Position numbers and translations under genes: made by a program. Positions 10,046 through 21,148 of a stretch of DNA of 64,000 nt are shown in pieces. Under the pieces are notes generated by a model, which saw only the letters and a program-made list of their open reading frames with translations, had not been told where the DNA came from and did not search any database. The stretch is from Hydrogenimonas sp. GTDB taxonomy: Bacteria > Campylobacterota > Campylobacteria > Campylobacterales > Hydrogenimonadaceae. The stretch's first letter is position 1; every line of letters begins with the position of its first letter. Where the stretch lies: the NCBI GenBank assembly GCA_015490295.1, contig WFYC01000073.1, positions 2,145 to 66,144 of the forward strand, written 5' to 3'.

Positions 10046-10443
10046 ATCCGTCGGATATACCGATTCACGATATAAAGCCGTTGATGCCGATTCCGGATAT
10101 CTCTGTATATATTTTCATAGCGCTTATAGCAGCGAGTCTGTTGGTTGCAACTGCAGCGGCGATATTTGTCTGGCGCTGGTGGCGCCGTCACAAAAAAGCA
10201 GATCCCCGCATTACCTGGCTGAAAAAACTGGACAAAATGGATTTAGCCGATGCGAAAAGAAGTGCATATATCATGACGCGTTACGGCAGGCTTCTGGCTG
10301 AAGACAAGAGGCGTCAGGAGATATTGTCGCAGCTTCTGCCCAGGCTGGAGCGCTATAAATATAAAAAAGAGGTACCGCCGCTGGATGAAGAGACCAAGCG
10401 TTTTATGAAGCTTTTTATAGAGATGTGCAAAGATGCACTTTGA
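10042..10443 (+). CDS. Single-TM protein of MoxR/Bat operon (DUF4381-like)
   Basis: IHDIKP followed by a TM and basic stretch; position in operon. Confidence 0.7.
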   Translation: MNPSDIPIHDIKPLMPIPDISVYIFIALIAASLLVATAAAIFVWRWWRRHKKADPRITWLKKLDKMDLADAKRSAYIMTRYGRLLAEDKRRQEILSQLLPRLERYKYKKEVPPLDEETKRFMKLFIEMCKDAL

Positions 10444-11332
10444 GTATCCCTGGGTCCTTTTGGCCATTCTGCCTTTTCTATTTTGCGAAAAGAGATGCCC
10501 CCTGCGTCTGGATATGCTCTATTTTCCGCGTATAGAGCTTATCGGCAGATATTCAAGAAGAGGGTCGCTGCTGCAGGCATTCAAATGGATGGCGATTACC
10601 GGGGCCATTGTCGCACTGGCATCGCCGGTCATAACCAAAGAGGTGACTCCCACCTATGCGGCCGGCCGGGATATGGTGCTTATTATAGATGTGAGCAGGT
10701 CGATGGATGAGGAGTTTTCGATCGTTACTAGAGAGAACAAGTTCGAGACTCTAAAGAGGATACTGGAGGAGTTTGTAAAGAGAAGGGGAAACGACAGGCT
10801 GGGAATGATCGTTTTCGGTGAGTTCGCCTATGTCGCGTCTCCGCTCACTTTTGACCATGAGATGCTTGCGGAGATGTTTCCATACCTTGAGGTAGGGATG
10901 GCTGGAGAGAGAACGGCGATAAGTGATGCGATCGCAATGGCCGTCAAGCTTCTTGAGAAATCGGAAGCCAAAAGCAGGGTGGCCGTACTGTTGACGGACG
11001 GACGCAATACAGCCGGTAAGATACCGTTCAGGGTTGTTGTAAAGCTTCTAAAGCAGTATGGAATAAAACTCTATACCATCGGAGTCGGAAGGGCCGGCGA
11101 CTATGACAAGAAGAGTTTGAGCGAACTGGCGGAGGAGACGGGTGGAAAGTTCTTTCCGGCTGCCGATTCCGATATGCTTAAAAAGGTATATGAAACTATC
11201 GACAGGCTGGAGCCCTCGATGCTGAAGCAGCAGCCCGTTACACAGACAACGTATCTGTTCAGTTATCCCCTCTTTGCAGCCGCCATGTCGCTATTGGCGT
11301 ATCTTCTGCTTCTGAACCGGAGTGAAGTATGA
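10433..11332 (+). CDS. BatA-like VWA domain protein
   Basis: F.YPW.L N-terminus, MIDAS DVSRS, DRLGMIVFG, LLTDG. Confidence 0.88.
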   Translation: MHFEYPWVLLAILPFLFCEKRCPLRLDMLYFPRIELIGRYSRRGSLLQAFKWMAITGAIVALASPVITKEVTPTYAAGRDMVLIIDVSRSMDEEFSIVTRENKFETLKRILEEFVKRRGNDRLGMIVFGEFAYVASPLTFDHEMLAEMFPYLEVGMAGERTAISDAIAMAVKLLEKSEAKSRVAVLLTDGRNTAGKIPFRVVVKLLKQYGIKLYTIGVGRAGDYDKKSLSELAEETGGKFFPAADSDMLKKVYETIDRLEPSMLKQQPVTQTTYLFSYPLFAAAMSLLAYLLLLNRSEV

Positions 11333-12969
11333 GGTTTCTCTATCCTGAGTTTCTCTATCTGATGCTGATACCGGCGGTGCTCCTTTTTTATCTTGTTTCT
11401 ACCAACAAAGATGCACTCGAGAGAGTGTTCGAGCCAAAAGCGCTCGAGCGTCTCAGGATCAGTGGAGATGCGCTTGGAAGAGGAGGGCATAACCTTTTGG
11501 CCTTTATCGCCTTTTTTTTCATGACTCTGGCACTTGCGGAGCCGGTTATAGAGAGAGGTGAGACGAAGATAAAGAGCAAAGCGGCCGATATCGTCATTGC
11601 ACTGGACCTGTCGCAATCCATGAGTGCCGCGGATTTTTATCCGAACAGGCTCGCTTTCGCGAAACAGAAGCTCGAAGAGATTCTGCCGAAGCTGCCTGCG
11701 GGACGCATAGGTGTAATAGGGTTCACATCGGCCGCATTCGTTATAACGCCGCTTACGAGCGATATTGACACTATCCGCTTTCTTTTGCAGAGAGTAAAAC
11801 CGCAAAACATTTCGGCGGAAGGGACCGATATCGCGGCGGCAATCAGGGGAGCCGGGCGGCTTTTGCGAAAAAGCGATACAAAAATATTACTTCTTGTAAC
11901 AGACGGAGGAGAAGAGAGAGATCTCGATAGGTTGCGTAAAACCATGGAAGAGAGCTCAATCGTGCCGGTTGTCTGGATGATGGCTACAAAGCGGGGAGCC
12001 CCGATAGTGACAAAAGGCGGCAAGCTTCTTGAAAACGGTAAAGGAGAACCGGTAATAAGCAGGGCAAACAGCGCTCTTGCCGAGCTTGCGGCAGATATTG
12101 GCGGAGTCTATGTCGAGGCGACAGTTTCGCAGGAGGACGAGGAGAGGATAGTTTCGTATCTTGAAAGGGTTTCCGCTTCGGCAACAGAGAGGGAAAAGAT
12201 CATACACAGCAGGATCGAGCTCTTTTACTATCCGCTCTTTCTGGCCGTTTTGATCCTGCCGTTTGCGCTCTACTCCTTTGGAGGAAGGGAGAGAGTATCG
12301 ATGATAGTGATTTTCGCGGCTTTTCCGCTCCTCTTCGCCGCTCCAGGCGCCAAAGCCGGCATCATGGATTTCAAACTCATAGAAAAGGGTGAGAGAGCGT
12401 ATCTGAGCGGAGACTACAATAGAAGTACCGAAGCGTTTGAAAAGCTTAGCATGAGCCAGCCGAAAAACGAGGTCTGGTTTGATCTTGCGGGAAGCTACTA
12501 TAAAAGCGGACGCTATAAAAGAGCGCTTCATACATACAAAAAGATCGTAACTGACGACAAAAAGCTGGAGATGGCCAAACTCTACTCTATGGCCAACTGC
12601 TATGTGAAGCTTGGAAATCTGCAAAAGGGTGCAGACCTATACCGCAAGGTACTTGAACTGGGCGAAGATGCAGATGCGAAGGCAAATCTGGAGCTTGTGA
12701 TGAAGATTTTGCAGGAGCAAAAGAAGAGGAAAAAGAGCGGATCGGGCGAGGATGACGAGAGCAAGAAGAGAAAGAAGGGAGGATCCGCCGCGAAAGAGTC
12801 TGCGCAAAAAAGCTCCAAACCTGGGGGCAAAAAGGTTGAGGGCAGACCGAGAAAGTTGAGCGAAGCCGAGGAGAAGAAGTGGATGCGTCTGATTCAGAAC
12901 AGGCCGCTGAAATCGAAACTATACCCGCTGATACCGCCAGAGGAGGATAGAGATGCAGATAAGTGGTAG
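11329..12969 (+). CDS. BatB/BatC-like VWA plus TPR protein
   Basis: MIDAS DLSQSM, PNRL, LVTDG, C-terminal TPRs and a charged tail. Confidence 0.85.
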   Translation: MRFLYPEFLYLMLIPAVLLFYLVSTNKDALERVFEPKALERLRISGDALGRGGHNLLAFIAFFFMTLALAEPVIERGETKIKSKAADIVIALDLSQSMSAADFYPNRLAFAKQKLEEILPKLPAGRIGVIGFTSAAFVITPLTSDIDTIRFLLQRVKPQNISAEGTDIAAAIRGAGRLLRKSDTKILLLVTDGGEERDLDRLRKTMEESSIVPVVWMMATKRGAPIVTKGGKLLENGKGEPVISRANSALAELAADIGGVYVEATVSQEDEERIVSYLERVSASATEREKIIHSRIELFYYPLFLAVLILPFALYSFGGRERVSMIVIFAAFPLLFAAPGAKAGIMDFKLIEKGERAYLSGDYNRSTEAFEKLSMSQPKNEVWFDLAGSYYKSGRYKRALHTYKKIVTDDKKLEMAKLYSMANCYVKLGNLQKGADLYRKVLELGEDADAKANLELVMKILQEQKKRKKSGSGEDDESKKRKKGGSAAKESAQKSSKPGGKKVEGRPRKLSEAEEKKWMRLIQNRPLKSKLYPLIPPEEDRDADKW

Positions 12970-14395
12970 GAGAATTTTAGCTCTATGGTTGCTGCTTTTT
13001 ATACCTCTTTTGGCGGATGTGACGGCCCGTGTAGATGAGAATCCGGTTATATTGGGTGAGATGGTGGAGTATGAGATAGAGGCTGCAGGCGAGAGGGTTG
13101 AATTTCCGAAAATCGAATCGATAGGGGGCGAAAAGGTCACTACGGAAGGGAGTCGAAGGCTTGAGTGGTTCGAAGGCAACAGAACCGTTTTGAAGTGGTC
13201 GCAGGTCTACTCTTTTACACCGAAAAAGAGTCTGACCATACCCTCTTTCAAGGTGATTGTGGACGGCAAAGAGGAGCTGACCAAACCGATTTTTCTACAG
13301 GTAAAGCCGAATCGGGCGAACAGAGAAGATGACTTGAAGATCGAGCTGAACGTAAATCGGGAAGAGGCTTATGTAGGAGAGAGTGTAGATGTCTCCATCC
13401 GTTTCAAGGAGAAGAGAGATGTTCCGGTTATGAGCGTCGATTTCGTTCCTATCAGGTATGAGGATTTTTGGGTCAAAAGGGTAGGTAAGTCCAGGCGTTA
13501 CAGGGAGGGGGAGTACCTGGTGCATGAAGTCCACTATCTCTTTTTCCCTCAAATGGCAGGTGAGTTGACGATAGGTCCGGCCGAGGTAAAAGTGGCGACA
13601 GCCAAAAAGATTCGCGACGCTTTCGGATTTATAGTGAGGCAGCCACAGTGGAGAACGGTTGTCTCGAAGCCGGTAACACTGCATGTAAAACCGCTGCCGG
13701 ACGACTTGAAACTTGTAGGCAGATACTCCATAAGAGTCGATGCATCGCCGAAAAGGGTCGAGGCCGGGGCTCCGGTCACTCTTACGGTCCATGTCGAAGC
13801 CGAGGGAAATATCGACGATTTCGAGCTTGCGCCGCTCAGGATTCCGGGTGTGACTGTCTATGCGGAGTCGCCAAAAATCAAAAACAGTTACATGGGCGGG
13901 GTATACGGTGGAAGCTGGGAGAGAAAATATGTACTGATCGCACAAAAATCCTTCACGGTTCCAGAGTTTGAAATTAAGTTTTTCGACCCCCAAAAGAGGC
14001 GGATAGAGATGGTTTCGAGTGAGCGGATAGAGATCGAGGTTGCAGGCGGTGTGCAACATGCCGACAGGAGGGAGACCCCGGAAAAAAAGAGCTCCATAGA
14101 GCCTGTTTCCCGTTATAAGGACTATCTCTCGGCCATTATCTCTTTTATTGCCGGAATGGCACTGATGTACGCTGTTTTGCAACTTGGGCGAAAGAGGCGG
14201 AGGAAAAAAGAGCCGCACCGCCACACAAAAAAGGAGCTTGAAATGCTTCAGCGGATTCTTCCGTATATCTCCGAGTCGAAAGAGGCTGCTCAGATGGCAG
14301 AGAATCTATATGCCAATCTTTTCGAAGGGAAGGCTGTGAAGGTCGACAGAAAAGCTTATGAGAGACTGATTGAAAAGTTGCGGGAAGAGAAGTAG
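12953..14395 (+). CDS. BatD family protein
   Basis: Signal peptide, beta-rich repeats (YVGE, G.LTIGPA), C-terminal TM; operon position. Confidence 0.82.
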   Translation: MQISGRRILALWLLLFIPLLADVTARVDENPVILGEMVEYEIEAAGERVEFPKIESIGGEKVTTEGSRRLEWFEGNRTVLKWSQVYSFTPKKSLTIPSFKVIVDGKEELTKPIFLQVKPNRANREDDLKIELNVNREEAYVGESVDVSIRFKEKRDVPVMSVDFVPIRYEDFWVKRVGKSRRYREGEYLVHEVHYLFFPQMAGELTIGPAEVKVATAKKIRDAFGFIVRQPQWRTVVSKPVTLHVKPLPDDLKLVGRYSIRVDASPKRVEAGAPVTLTVHVEAEGNIDDFELAPLRIPGVTVYAESPKIKNSYMGGVYGGSWERKYVLIAQKSFTVPEFEIKFFDPQKRRIEMVSSERIEIEVAGGVQHADRRETPEKKSSIEPVSRYKDYLSAIISFIAGMALMYAVLQLGRKRRRKKEPHRHTKKELEMLQRILPYISESKEAAQMAENLYANLFEGKAVKVDRKAYERLIEKLREEK

Positions 14396-14425
14396 TAACT
14401 TCTTATACGGCTAAATTCAGGCCGC

Positions 14426-15253
14426 TCAGAGGATGTCGTGGAGCCTGTTGGCCTCCTTCATCCACCTTCTGACACCCTCCCAGTTGGAGTCGTTGATCAT
14501 CTTTCTACAGCTTTTCAGCTCCTCTTCGAAGTGGTCCATAGCTTCAAGAAGGTTTCTGCGGTTCTGTTTGAATATCTCCTCCCACATAACAGGTGAACTC
14601 TTTGCAAGACGGCTCATATCTTTGAATCCACCGGCGGCAAGGATAAGTATGCTGTTTACATCTTCCTGGGCCAAAACAGCATTCGCAAGAGCGTAACTGA
14701 TGGCGTGTGGGAGGTGACTTATGTAGGCCGCATGGCGATCGTGCTCATCGGCATCCATGGTTACCACTCTCATTCCTATCGCTTCGAAAAGTGTATACGC
14801 TGTAATCCTCTGGCGTTCGCCGCTTTGCTCTATATTGCACAATACCACGATCTTATCGCGGTAGAGGTTCGCCACCGCAGCTTCGGGGCCGAACTTTTCG
14901 GTTCCTGTCATCGGGTGGGCCGCAACCACGTTCTTTCTGATGGAGGGAGGAATCTCTTTTACAATTTTTGACTTGGTGCTTCCCAAGTCTATTACGGTAG
15001 TCTTTTCATCTATCTCTTCAAACTCCTGCAGAGCCTTGATTATCCCTTCGACGGGAATTGCGAGAAATATGACATCGCTCTTTTTGAGCTCTTCCCATGA
15101 AACTACCGCATCTACCAGGTTGTGCTTCAATGCGGTTTCGCAGTGCTCCTGGTTGTGATCGTATCCTACGACCCTGCCAACCTCCGCTACACCCTTGAGA
15201 GCCAATCCCATCGATCCTCCCATGAGCCCAAGCCCCACTATTCCTACTGTCAT
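14426..15253 (-). CDS. tyrA: Prephenate dehydrogenase
   Basis: GLGLMGGS, DLGSTK, HPMTGTE, SHLPH, GGFKDMSRLAKSSP. Confidence 0.93.
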   Translation of the reverse strand: MTVGIVGLGLMGGSMGLALKGVAEVGRVVGYDHNQEHCETALKHNLVDAVVSWEELKKSDVIFLAIPVEGIIKALQEFEEIDEKTTVIDLGSTKSKIVKEIPPSIRKNVVAAHPMTGTEKFGPEAAVANLYRDKIVVLCNIEQSGERQRITAYTLFEAIGMRVVTMDADEHDRHAAYISHLPHAISYALANAVLAQEDVNSILILAAGGFKDMSRLAKSSPVMWEEIFKQNRRNLLEAMDHFEEELKSCRKMINDSNWEGVRRWMKEANRLHDIL

Positions 15254-15475
15254 GATCGTCCTTTATGCCGACTCTTTATGCGGTTTTGCAAAAAGTATAG
15301 GTCTCTCCTGAATCCAAAATTGTAACCTAGAGTCAGTTTAATTGAGTTTAACCCGCGCAGTTACGGGCGATAAGGCTTATGTTACTCCGAGAGCTCCGTA
15401 ACGTCGGTTTAATTGAAAAAATGATAAGATTGAAACCTTTTTCAAAAAAACTATATTTTTTCAACGGGGATTTAA

Positions 15476-17692
15476 ATGAAACGTATTGTATCGGCTATCT
15501 TGCTGACGGCCGTTTTGGCAGCTGCGCAGCAGATCAAAGCGATCAAGTTTGACGGCCTGATCCATCTTTCGCCGGAGATCGCAAAAGAGATAATGGAGAT
15601 CTCTCCAGGCGAGCCGATCGATATTGAGAAGGTGGACGAAGCTATAAAGAAGCTTTTTGCCCAAGGCTACTTCGATGATATATGGGTTACCGAAGAGAGA
15701 GGAGTGCTAACTTTTCACTTCAAAGAGAAACCTGTGATTTCACAGATCGTATTTGTCGGTTACGGCGAGAGCAAAAAGGATGAGCTTCTCTCACAGATAG
15801 GACTCAAAAAGGGGGATATCTATGACGAGAGAAGGATCGGCAGAGCCGCTGACAAGCTGCGTTCGATAGTAGAGGCTGAGGGGTACTTCGACACTGCGAT
15901 AGAGCCGGAGATAGAGACACTGAAAAACGGTAGCGTCAAGGTGAAGTTTCTTGTCAACAAGGGTGAGAATATCATAATAAAAAAGCTGAATCTCTGCGGG
16001 GCGGAACATTTTGGGAAGAGGGATATAGAGAGTGTACTTGCCAACAGGGAGCGCGACTTCATGGGTTGGATGTGGGGTCTTAACGATGGAAAGGTGAAGA
16101 TCGAGCAGTTGAAGTATGAAGCGCCCAGGATCAGGGACTTCTATATGCGCCACGGATACCTTGATGCAAAAGTGGAATCACCGCTTCTTAGGGTCGATTT
16201 CAACCAGTACAGGGCGATTCTAGATTTCAAGATAAAAGAGGGGGCGGTATACAGGGTAAAAGATGTTCGGATAGAGCTTGCAGAGCCTGTAATAGACCCG
16301 AAAGAGCTGAAAGAGGAGCTCCGCGTAGATCCGGGAGAGATCTTCAACATCGACGATCTGCGCCGCGATATGGAGAAGCTGAGAGAGAAGGTGGCAAACC
16401 TCGGCTATGCATATGTTCGGGTCGCCCCCGACTTTGAAAAGGATGAAAAGAGCCATACGGCAGTCGTGAAATACAGGATATTTCCAGGCAAAAAAGTCCA
16501 TATACGAGATGTCGTAATTTCCGGCAACAGCAGAACTCTCGATCGTGTAATCAGGCGTGAAATTTTCCTCGCTCCCGGGGATACCTACAGCCTTACGGAT
16601 CTCAAAGATTCAAAGTCGGCTCTGATGAGGACCGGTTATTTTGAAAAGGTGGTTATAGACGAGAGGCGTGTCAATGAAAACGAGATGGATCTTGTTGTAA
16701 ACGTCAAAGAGACTCAGACCGGCAACATTATGCTCGGCGGCGGATATGGAAGTTATGACGGTTTTATAGTCAACGCATCGATAAACGACAGAAACATCTT
16801 TGGAAGCGGCATCTCCGTCGGAATCAGCCTCGATTTTTCCAGACACAGAAGCTATTTCAATTTCAATGTGACAAATCCGAGGATTTTTGACAGTGATTAC
16901 AGTGTCGGATTCAACGCATACAACTCCCAATACGAATCCTACGACTATACGGAGAAGAGAAAGGGAGGGTCCATAAACATAGGCCGCCAGATCGCCCGCT
17001 ACTGGCATGCAGGTCTCGGTTACCAGTACTTCAGTACGCAGCTTACCGGGATGAATACCGACTATCCTGACTACGATCTCTACTATGACAAACCTTTCGA
17101 TACAAGTGCGATTACCCCTTCTCTCAGGTTCAACAATACGGATGACTACTATCTCCCGCGTCACGGCATGATATTTGGGATAAGTGCGGAGTATGCAGGG
17201 ATCGGCGGAAGTGCCAGGTTCAATAAAAACTATCTAAACTTCTCTATTTTCAGGGGACTTGAGGATGAGATCAATTACGACCTGATTCTTAGATACAAGG
17301 CGAGACTGGGAGCCATTCCCTGGAGCGAGAAACTGCCGGTAAACGAAAAGTTCTTTATGGGTGGTATCCGTACCGTACGTGGTTACCAGTCCGGATCCAT
17401 ATCAGACAAAGATGCCAACGGCTACCTGCTGGGAGGAAAATATACCTTCTCCAACTCACTCGAAGCCAGCATTCCGCTTGTCGATGCCGCGAAGATGAGA
17501 CTAGCCTTTTTCCTGGACTACGGAATGATCGGTGAGAATGCATTTACAGACGAAAAACGTGCAGGGACCGGCGTTACGCTTGAATGGTTTTCGCCGATGG
17601 GGCCTATAAGCCTGGTATTCGCACGCCCACTTATGAAAAAGGAGGGGGACCAGACTTCAAATTTCGAATTTACGATGGGAACGCAATTCTAG
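15476..17692 (+). CDS. bamA: Outer membrane protein assembly factor BamA
   Basis: POTRA repeats, GNSRTLDRVIRRE, VRGY loop, WFSPMGP, C-terminal F. Confidence 0.95.
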   Translation: MKRIVSAILLTAVLAAAQQIKAIKFDGLIHLSPEIAKEIMEISPGEPIDIEKVDEAIKKLFAQGYFDDIWVTEERGVLTFHFKEKPVISQIVFVGYGESKKDELLSQIGLKKGDIYDERRIGRAADKLRSIVEAEGYFDTAIEPEIETLKNGSVKVKFLVNKGENIIIKKLNLCGAEHFGKRDIESVLANRERDFMGWMWGLNDGKVKIEQLKYEAPRIRDFYMRHGYLDAKVESPLLRVDFNQYRAILDFKIKEGAVYRVKDVRIELAEPVIDPKELKEELRVDPGEIFNIDDLRRDMEKLREKVANLGYAYVRVAPDFEKDEKSHTAVVKYRIFPGKKVHIRDVVISGNSRTLDRVIRREIFLAPGDTYSLTDLKDSKSALMRTGYFEKVVIDERRVNENEMDLVVNVKETQTGNIMLGGGYGSYDGFIVNASINDRNIFGSGISVGISLDFSRHRSYFNFNVTNPRIFDSDYSVGFNAYNSQYESYDYTEKRKGGSINIGRQIARYWHAGLGYQYFSTQLTGMNTDYPDYDLYYDKPFDTSAITPSLRFNNTDDYYLPRHGMIFGISAEYAGIGGSARFNKNYLNFSIFRGLEDEINYDLILRYKARLGAIPWSEKLPVNEKFFMGGIRTVRGYQSGSISDKDANGYLLGGKYTFSNSLEASIPLVDAAKMRLAFFLDYGMIGENAFTDEKRAGTGVTLEWFSPMGPISLVFARPLMKKEGDQTSNFEFTMGTQF

Positions 17693-17718
17693 AAGCAAAT
17701 AGTTAAAAACAAAAAGTT

Positions 17719-17745
17719 TAGGATGGCCGCTACGGCCTTCTATTT
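17719..17745. terminator. Hairpin between convergent bamA and ppx
   Basis: GGCCG-CTA-CGGCC stem with flanking A/T tracts. Confidence 0.4.
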
Positions 17746-17811
17746 AAGCCCGCAAAGTGGGTATATCGCTATATGGTGCGCACTGCTCACTAAACGAGTG
17801 AAGTGAATCTC

Positions 17812-19277
17812 TCACTTTTTAAATTGTATCGCTATGGGTTCCGGCTTCTGCAGCTCTTTTATGCGCTCTTGCGCAAGATAGGTGTTGAACGGGGCATTGA
17901 TGCGAAGCACCCCGTTATCGTAGGCTGCTTTGATAGTGCCGTAGTCGCGGCAGATATGTATCGTCTGTGCCAGCGAGACGATATAGCTTAACCAGGAGAG
18001 TACTTTCGCATCGGGAAGAAGTTTTTTGTACGGTTTTGTAAAGCTGTTTTTAGGAAGACGCCGTTTATTGAAACGGATCAGTGTGGCGATAAGGATCATA
18101 TCTTCATGCGAGAAACCGTAGTCAAGATCGTTTAGGGCCATATAGGCACTATGCCTGTGGTAGCCGTAAAAGTCCAGTCTTGTACCTATTTGAGATAGTT
18201 TTGCGGCAGTCTGAAGATGATTCAGAAGGTTGGAGGGGAGGTCGAACGGCTCCTGCAGCGCTTTGAATAGAACCGTCGCCGTTGAGGCGATATTGGATGC
18301 GAGTCTGGGATCTGTGCAGAAGCGGTCGAGCAGGCTTCTTACGCTTGGATTGAAGTTTGCGGGAAAGAGATGGTTGCTGTTGCGAAGCAGGTCGCTTAAA
18401 AAAAGACCCTCTCTTACACCGGCTCCGCTGGTAACCACCTCTTTTGCCGAAATCTTCTCCAGTACTTTCATGAAAATAAGGGCTCCCGGGCGGATCGTGT
18501 CGAGTCTATCTTTTTTTATGCCGTATTTCGAGAGTTTCAGCACCGAAGCGTCTACCACTTTTTTCAGAAATTTTGTCTCATGCTCCACATCATATCTGAA
18601 GGCGTGAATCTTATTTACGGTATAGTCGTTTCTCTGCATTATCGCTTTGGTGATTGCTCTGGCGGTTCCGCCTATTCCGACGGCAATGCTGTTTTTGAAG
18701 TTTTTCGGAAGAGTGTCGAGTATCTCATCTATATAGGTTTCTGCCTCTTCAAGCGATCTCTTTTTGTCGAAAAAGAGCTCTTTAAGACGTACCGTTCCCA
18801 GGTTCATGGAGTGAACGGCTACCACCTTTTTGTTTTTAATAAGGGCGAGATCGGTAGAGCCGCCGCCTATATCGATGCTTACGGCGTCTGTAATCGGAAG
18901 CAGGTCGGCAGCCGCCATACCGCCCAGATATGCCTCCTTTTCGCCGTCGATTACTTTGATTTTCAGATTCAACTCTTTTTTTACACGGGTTATAAACTCT
19001 TTACGGTTCGGTGCGTCACGTACTGCTGATGTAGCTATACATAGTATTTTGCGTGATTTGAGATTTTTTGCGATAGTAAGAAATTCAGATAGTGCGCGGC
19101 AGGCTCTCTCTATAGCCGCAGGCTGAAGATATCCGTTTTTTTCGTATGCACCTTCCGATATCCTGACACGGCTTCTGGTTTCGTTAAGAAGGTAGAAGCC
19201 ATAACGGCTGGTGCGTTCAAACACCACCATCCTGGCCGAGTTGGAGCCGATATCGATGACGGCGGTGCGTTTGGCCA

Positions 19278-19278
<1 letters not shown>
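17812..19278 (-). CDS. ppx: Ppx/GppA exopolyphosphatase
   Basis: IDIGSNSARM, ATSAVRDAPN, DIGGGSTD, GVREG. Confidence 0.93.
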
Positions 19279-19577
<299 letters not shown>

Positions 19578-19698
19578 TTAGCCAATAATTAAAAGTATTA
19601 CCATACAGATGGATGATATTTGTTAAAGAATAATTAGTTGCCATTTGAAATTTCATATACGCAACCGGATGCCGGAAATTGCGGTGACAAAGAGGGAT

Positions 19699-21018
19699 TC
19701 AGCGCATATTGGGAAGTTCGCACTGAGGAGTCGTCGCGAATATCAGTGTTGCAATGGTTCCGCTCTTTCCGTCTGTTCTGTTTTTCAATGAGATTCGTGC
19801 ACCCATCGCATCCGCCGCCGATTTTGCCAGAAAGAGTCCGAGGCCGGCTCCCGGAGCGTTGCCGACTCTTTTGAATGGGGCGAAGAGGTCTATCGACTCA
19901 TCTATACCCGGGCCCTCATCGATTACTTCGAGCTTTATCCTGTTTTCATCAAGAAGCCTGGTTTTAAGAAGTATGGTTTTGCTTTCGGGTGTAAATTTGA
20001 TCGCATTTTGCAAGAAGTTCTGCAAAATCTGGTTCAGCAGTGTCGTCTGAATGAGACCGGTCAGCGAATCTGGCTCAAGATCCAGAACAAGATTTCTCTT
20101 TTCCGCTTTGGCAAGAAGCGTGAAGTCCTCCCCTTTTTTACGAATAAAATCGATAATATCTACTTGCTGTGGAAGTTCGAAGTGTGCACCCTCCAGCCGT
20201 CCGATTTCGAGGATGGAGCCTATCATCTGGTTCAATTCCAGTATCGTTTTGTTTGAAAGCTGGAGCGCCTCTATATACTTTTCCGGTTCGCGCCGCTTTA
20301 TCAGGGTGACGTCGTTTTTGAGCTTCATGACGTTGAGCGGAGTTTTCAGTTCATGTGCGGCGCCGATAAAGAGCTCTTTTTGATACTTTACGAATGTCTG
20401 TATCCGGTTGATAAGACGGTTTATGGATTCACCCAGCGGTACGAACTCTTCCGGAAGCTCGCGGATGTTTATGGTAGTAAGAAAATTCTCGTTGAGAGTT
20501 GAAAGCTTTTTGCTCATGCGCGTGATCGGAACCAGAAGCATGGCCGATAGTCCGAATGCGTAAAGAACGATCAGGATGAGGCTTATGAGGTTTATGACGA
20601 TTATCGAGCGCAGAATCTTTTTGAGCATCTTCGCCATACCGGTAATATCTTTTGTCATAAGAAGATATGTCTGGGCTTTGAAGTTATATGGGTAGATCAG
20701 TTCCAGATAAAACTTTCCGTTCTCCTTGCGTTCACGCCACTCGATCGAACTGTAAAAACGGTGAGGTGCTCCAATCACCTCTGCGCTAATCTGAAGGGCG
20801 TTTTTAAGGTTTTTGGCATCTATTTTCTCACCCTCTTTATAGTCCGGAAAAGTCCTTACAATATAGCGGGCCTGGTTTACAAGCTCTTGTGAAAGTTCAT
20901 CGTAGAGCGACTGCTTTATGTATGTATAAAGCATCGTGGAAAATATGATCAGAAGAATGGAAGAGGCGATAATAAGCTGTGTAAGAAACTGGTTGCGGAT
21001 ACTGCGGTTTCCGGCCAT
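19699..21018 (-). CDS. Sensor histidine kinase, probable cognate of CosR/HsrA (CosS-like)
   Basis: Two TMs, HAMP-like linker, AHELKTP, NAIKF, DEGPG, GAGLGL. Confidence 0.88.
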   Translation of the reverse strand: MAGNRSIRNQFLTQLIIASSILLIIFSTMLYTYIKQSLYDELSQELVNQARYIVRTFPDYKEGEKIDAKNLKNALQISAEVIGAPHRFYSSIEWRERKENGKFYLELIYPYNFKAQTYLLMTKDITGMAKMLKKILRSIIVINLISLILIVLYAFGLSAMLLVPITRMSKKLSTLNENFLTTINIRELPEEFVPLGESINRLINRIQTFVKYQKELFIGAAHELKTPLNVMKLKNDVTLIKRREPEKYIEALQLSNKTILELNQMIGSILEIGRLEGAHFELPQQVDIIDFIRKKGEDFTLLAKAEKRNLVLDLEPDSLTGLIQTTLLNQILQNFLQNAIKFTPESKTILLKTRLLDENRIKLEVIDEGPGIDESIDLFAPFKRVGNAPGAGLGLFLAKSAADAMGARISLKNRTDGKSGTIATLIFATTPQCELPNMR

Positions 21019-21148
21019 CGATCACCTTTGGAGTAGAGAGATTCGGAATAAATTTCCCAATTTTATGAAGTATTGTATGATTCAGGGCCCATTATCTATG
21101 CAGGCCCGGAAATCGGCACAGAAACATGGCCGGTCTTCGCGCGGAACT

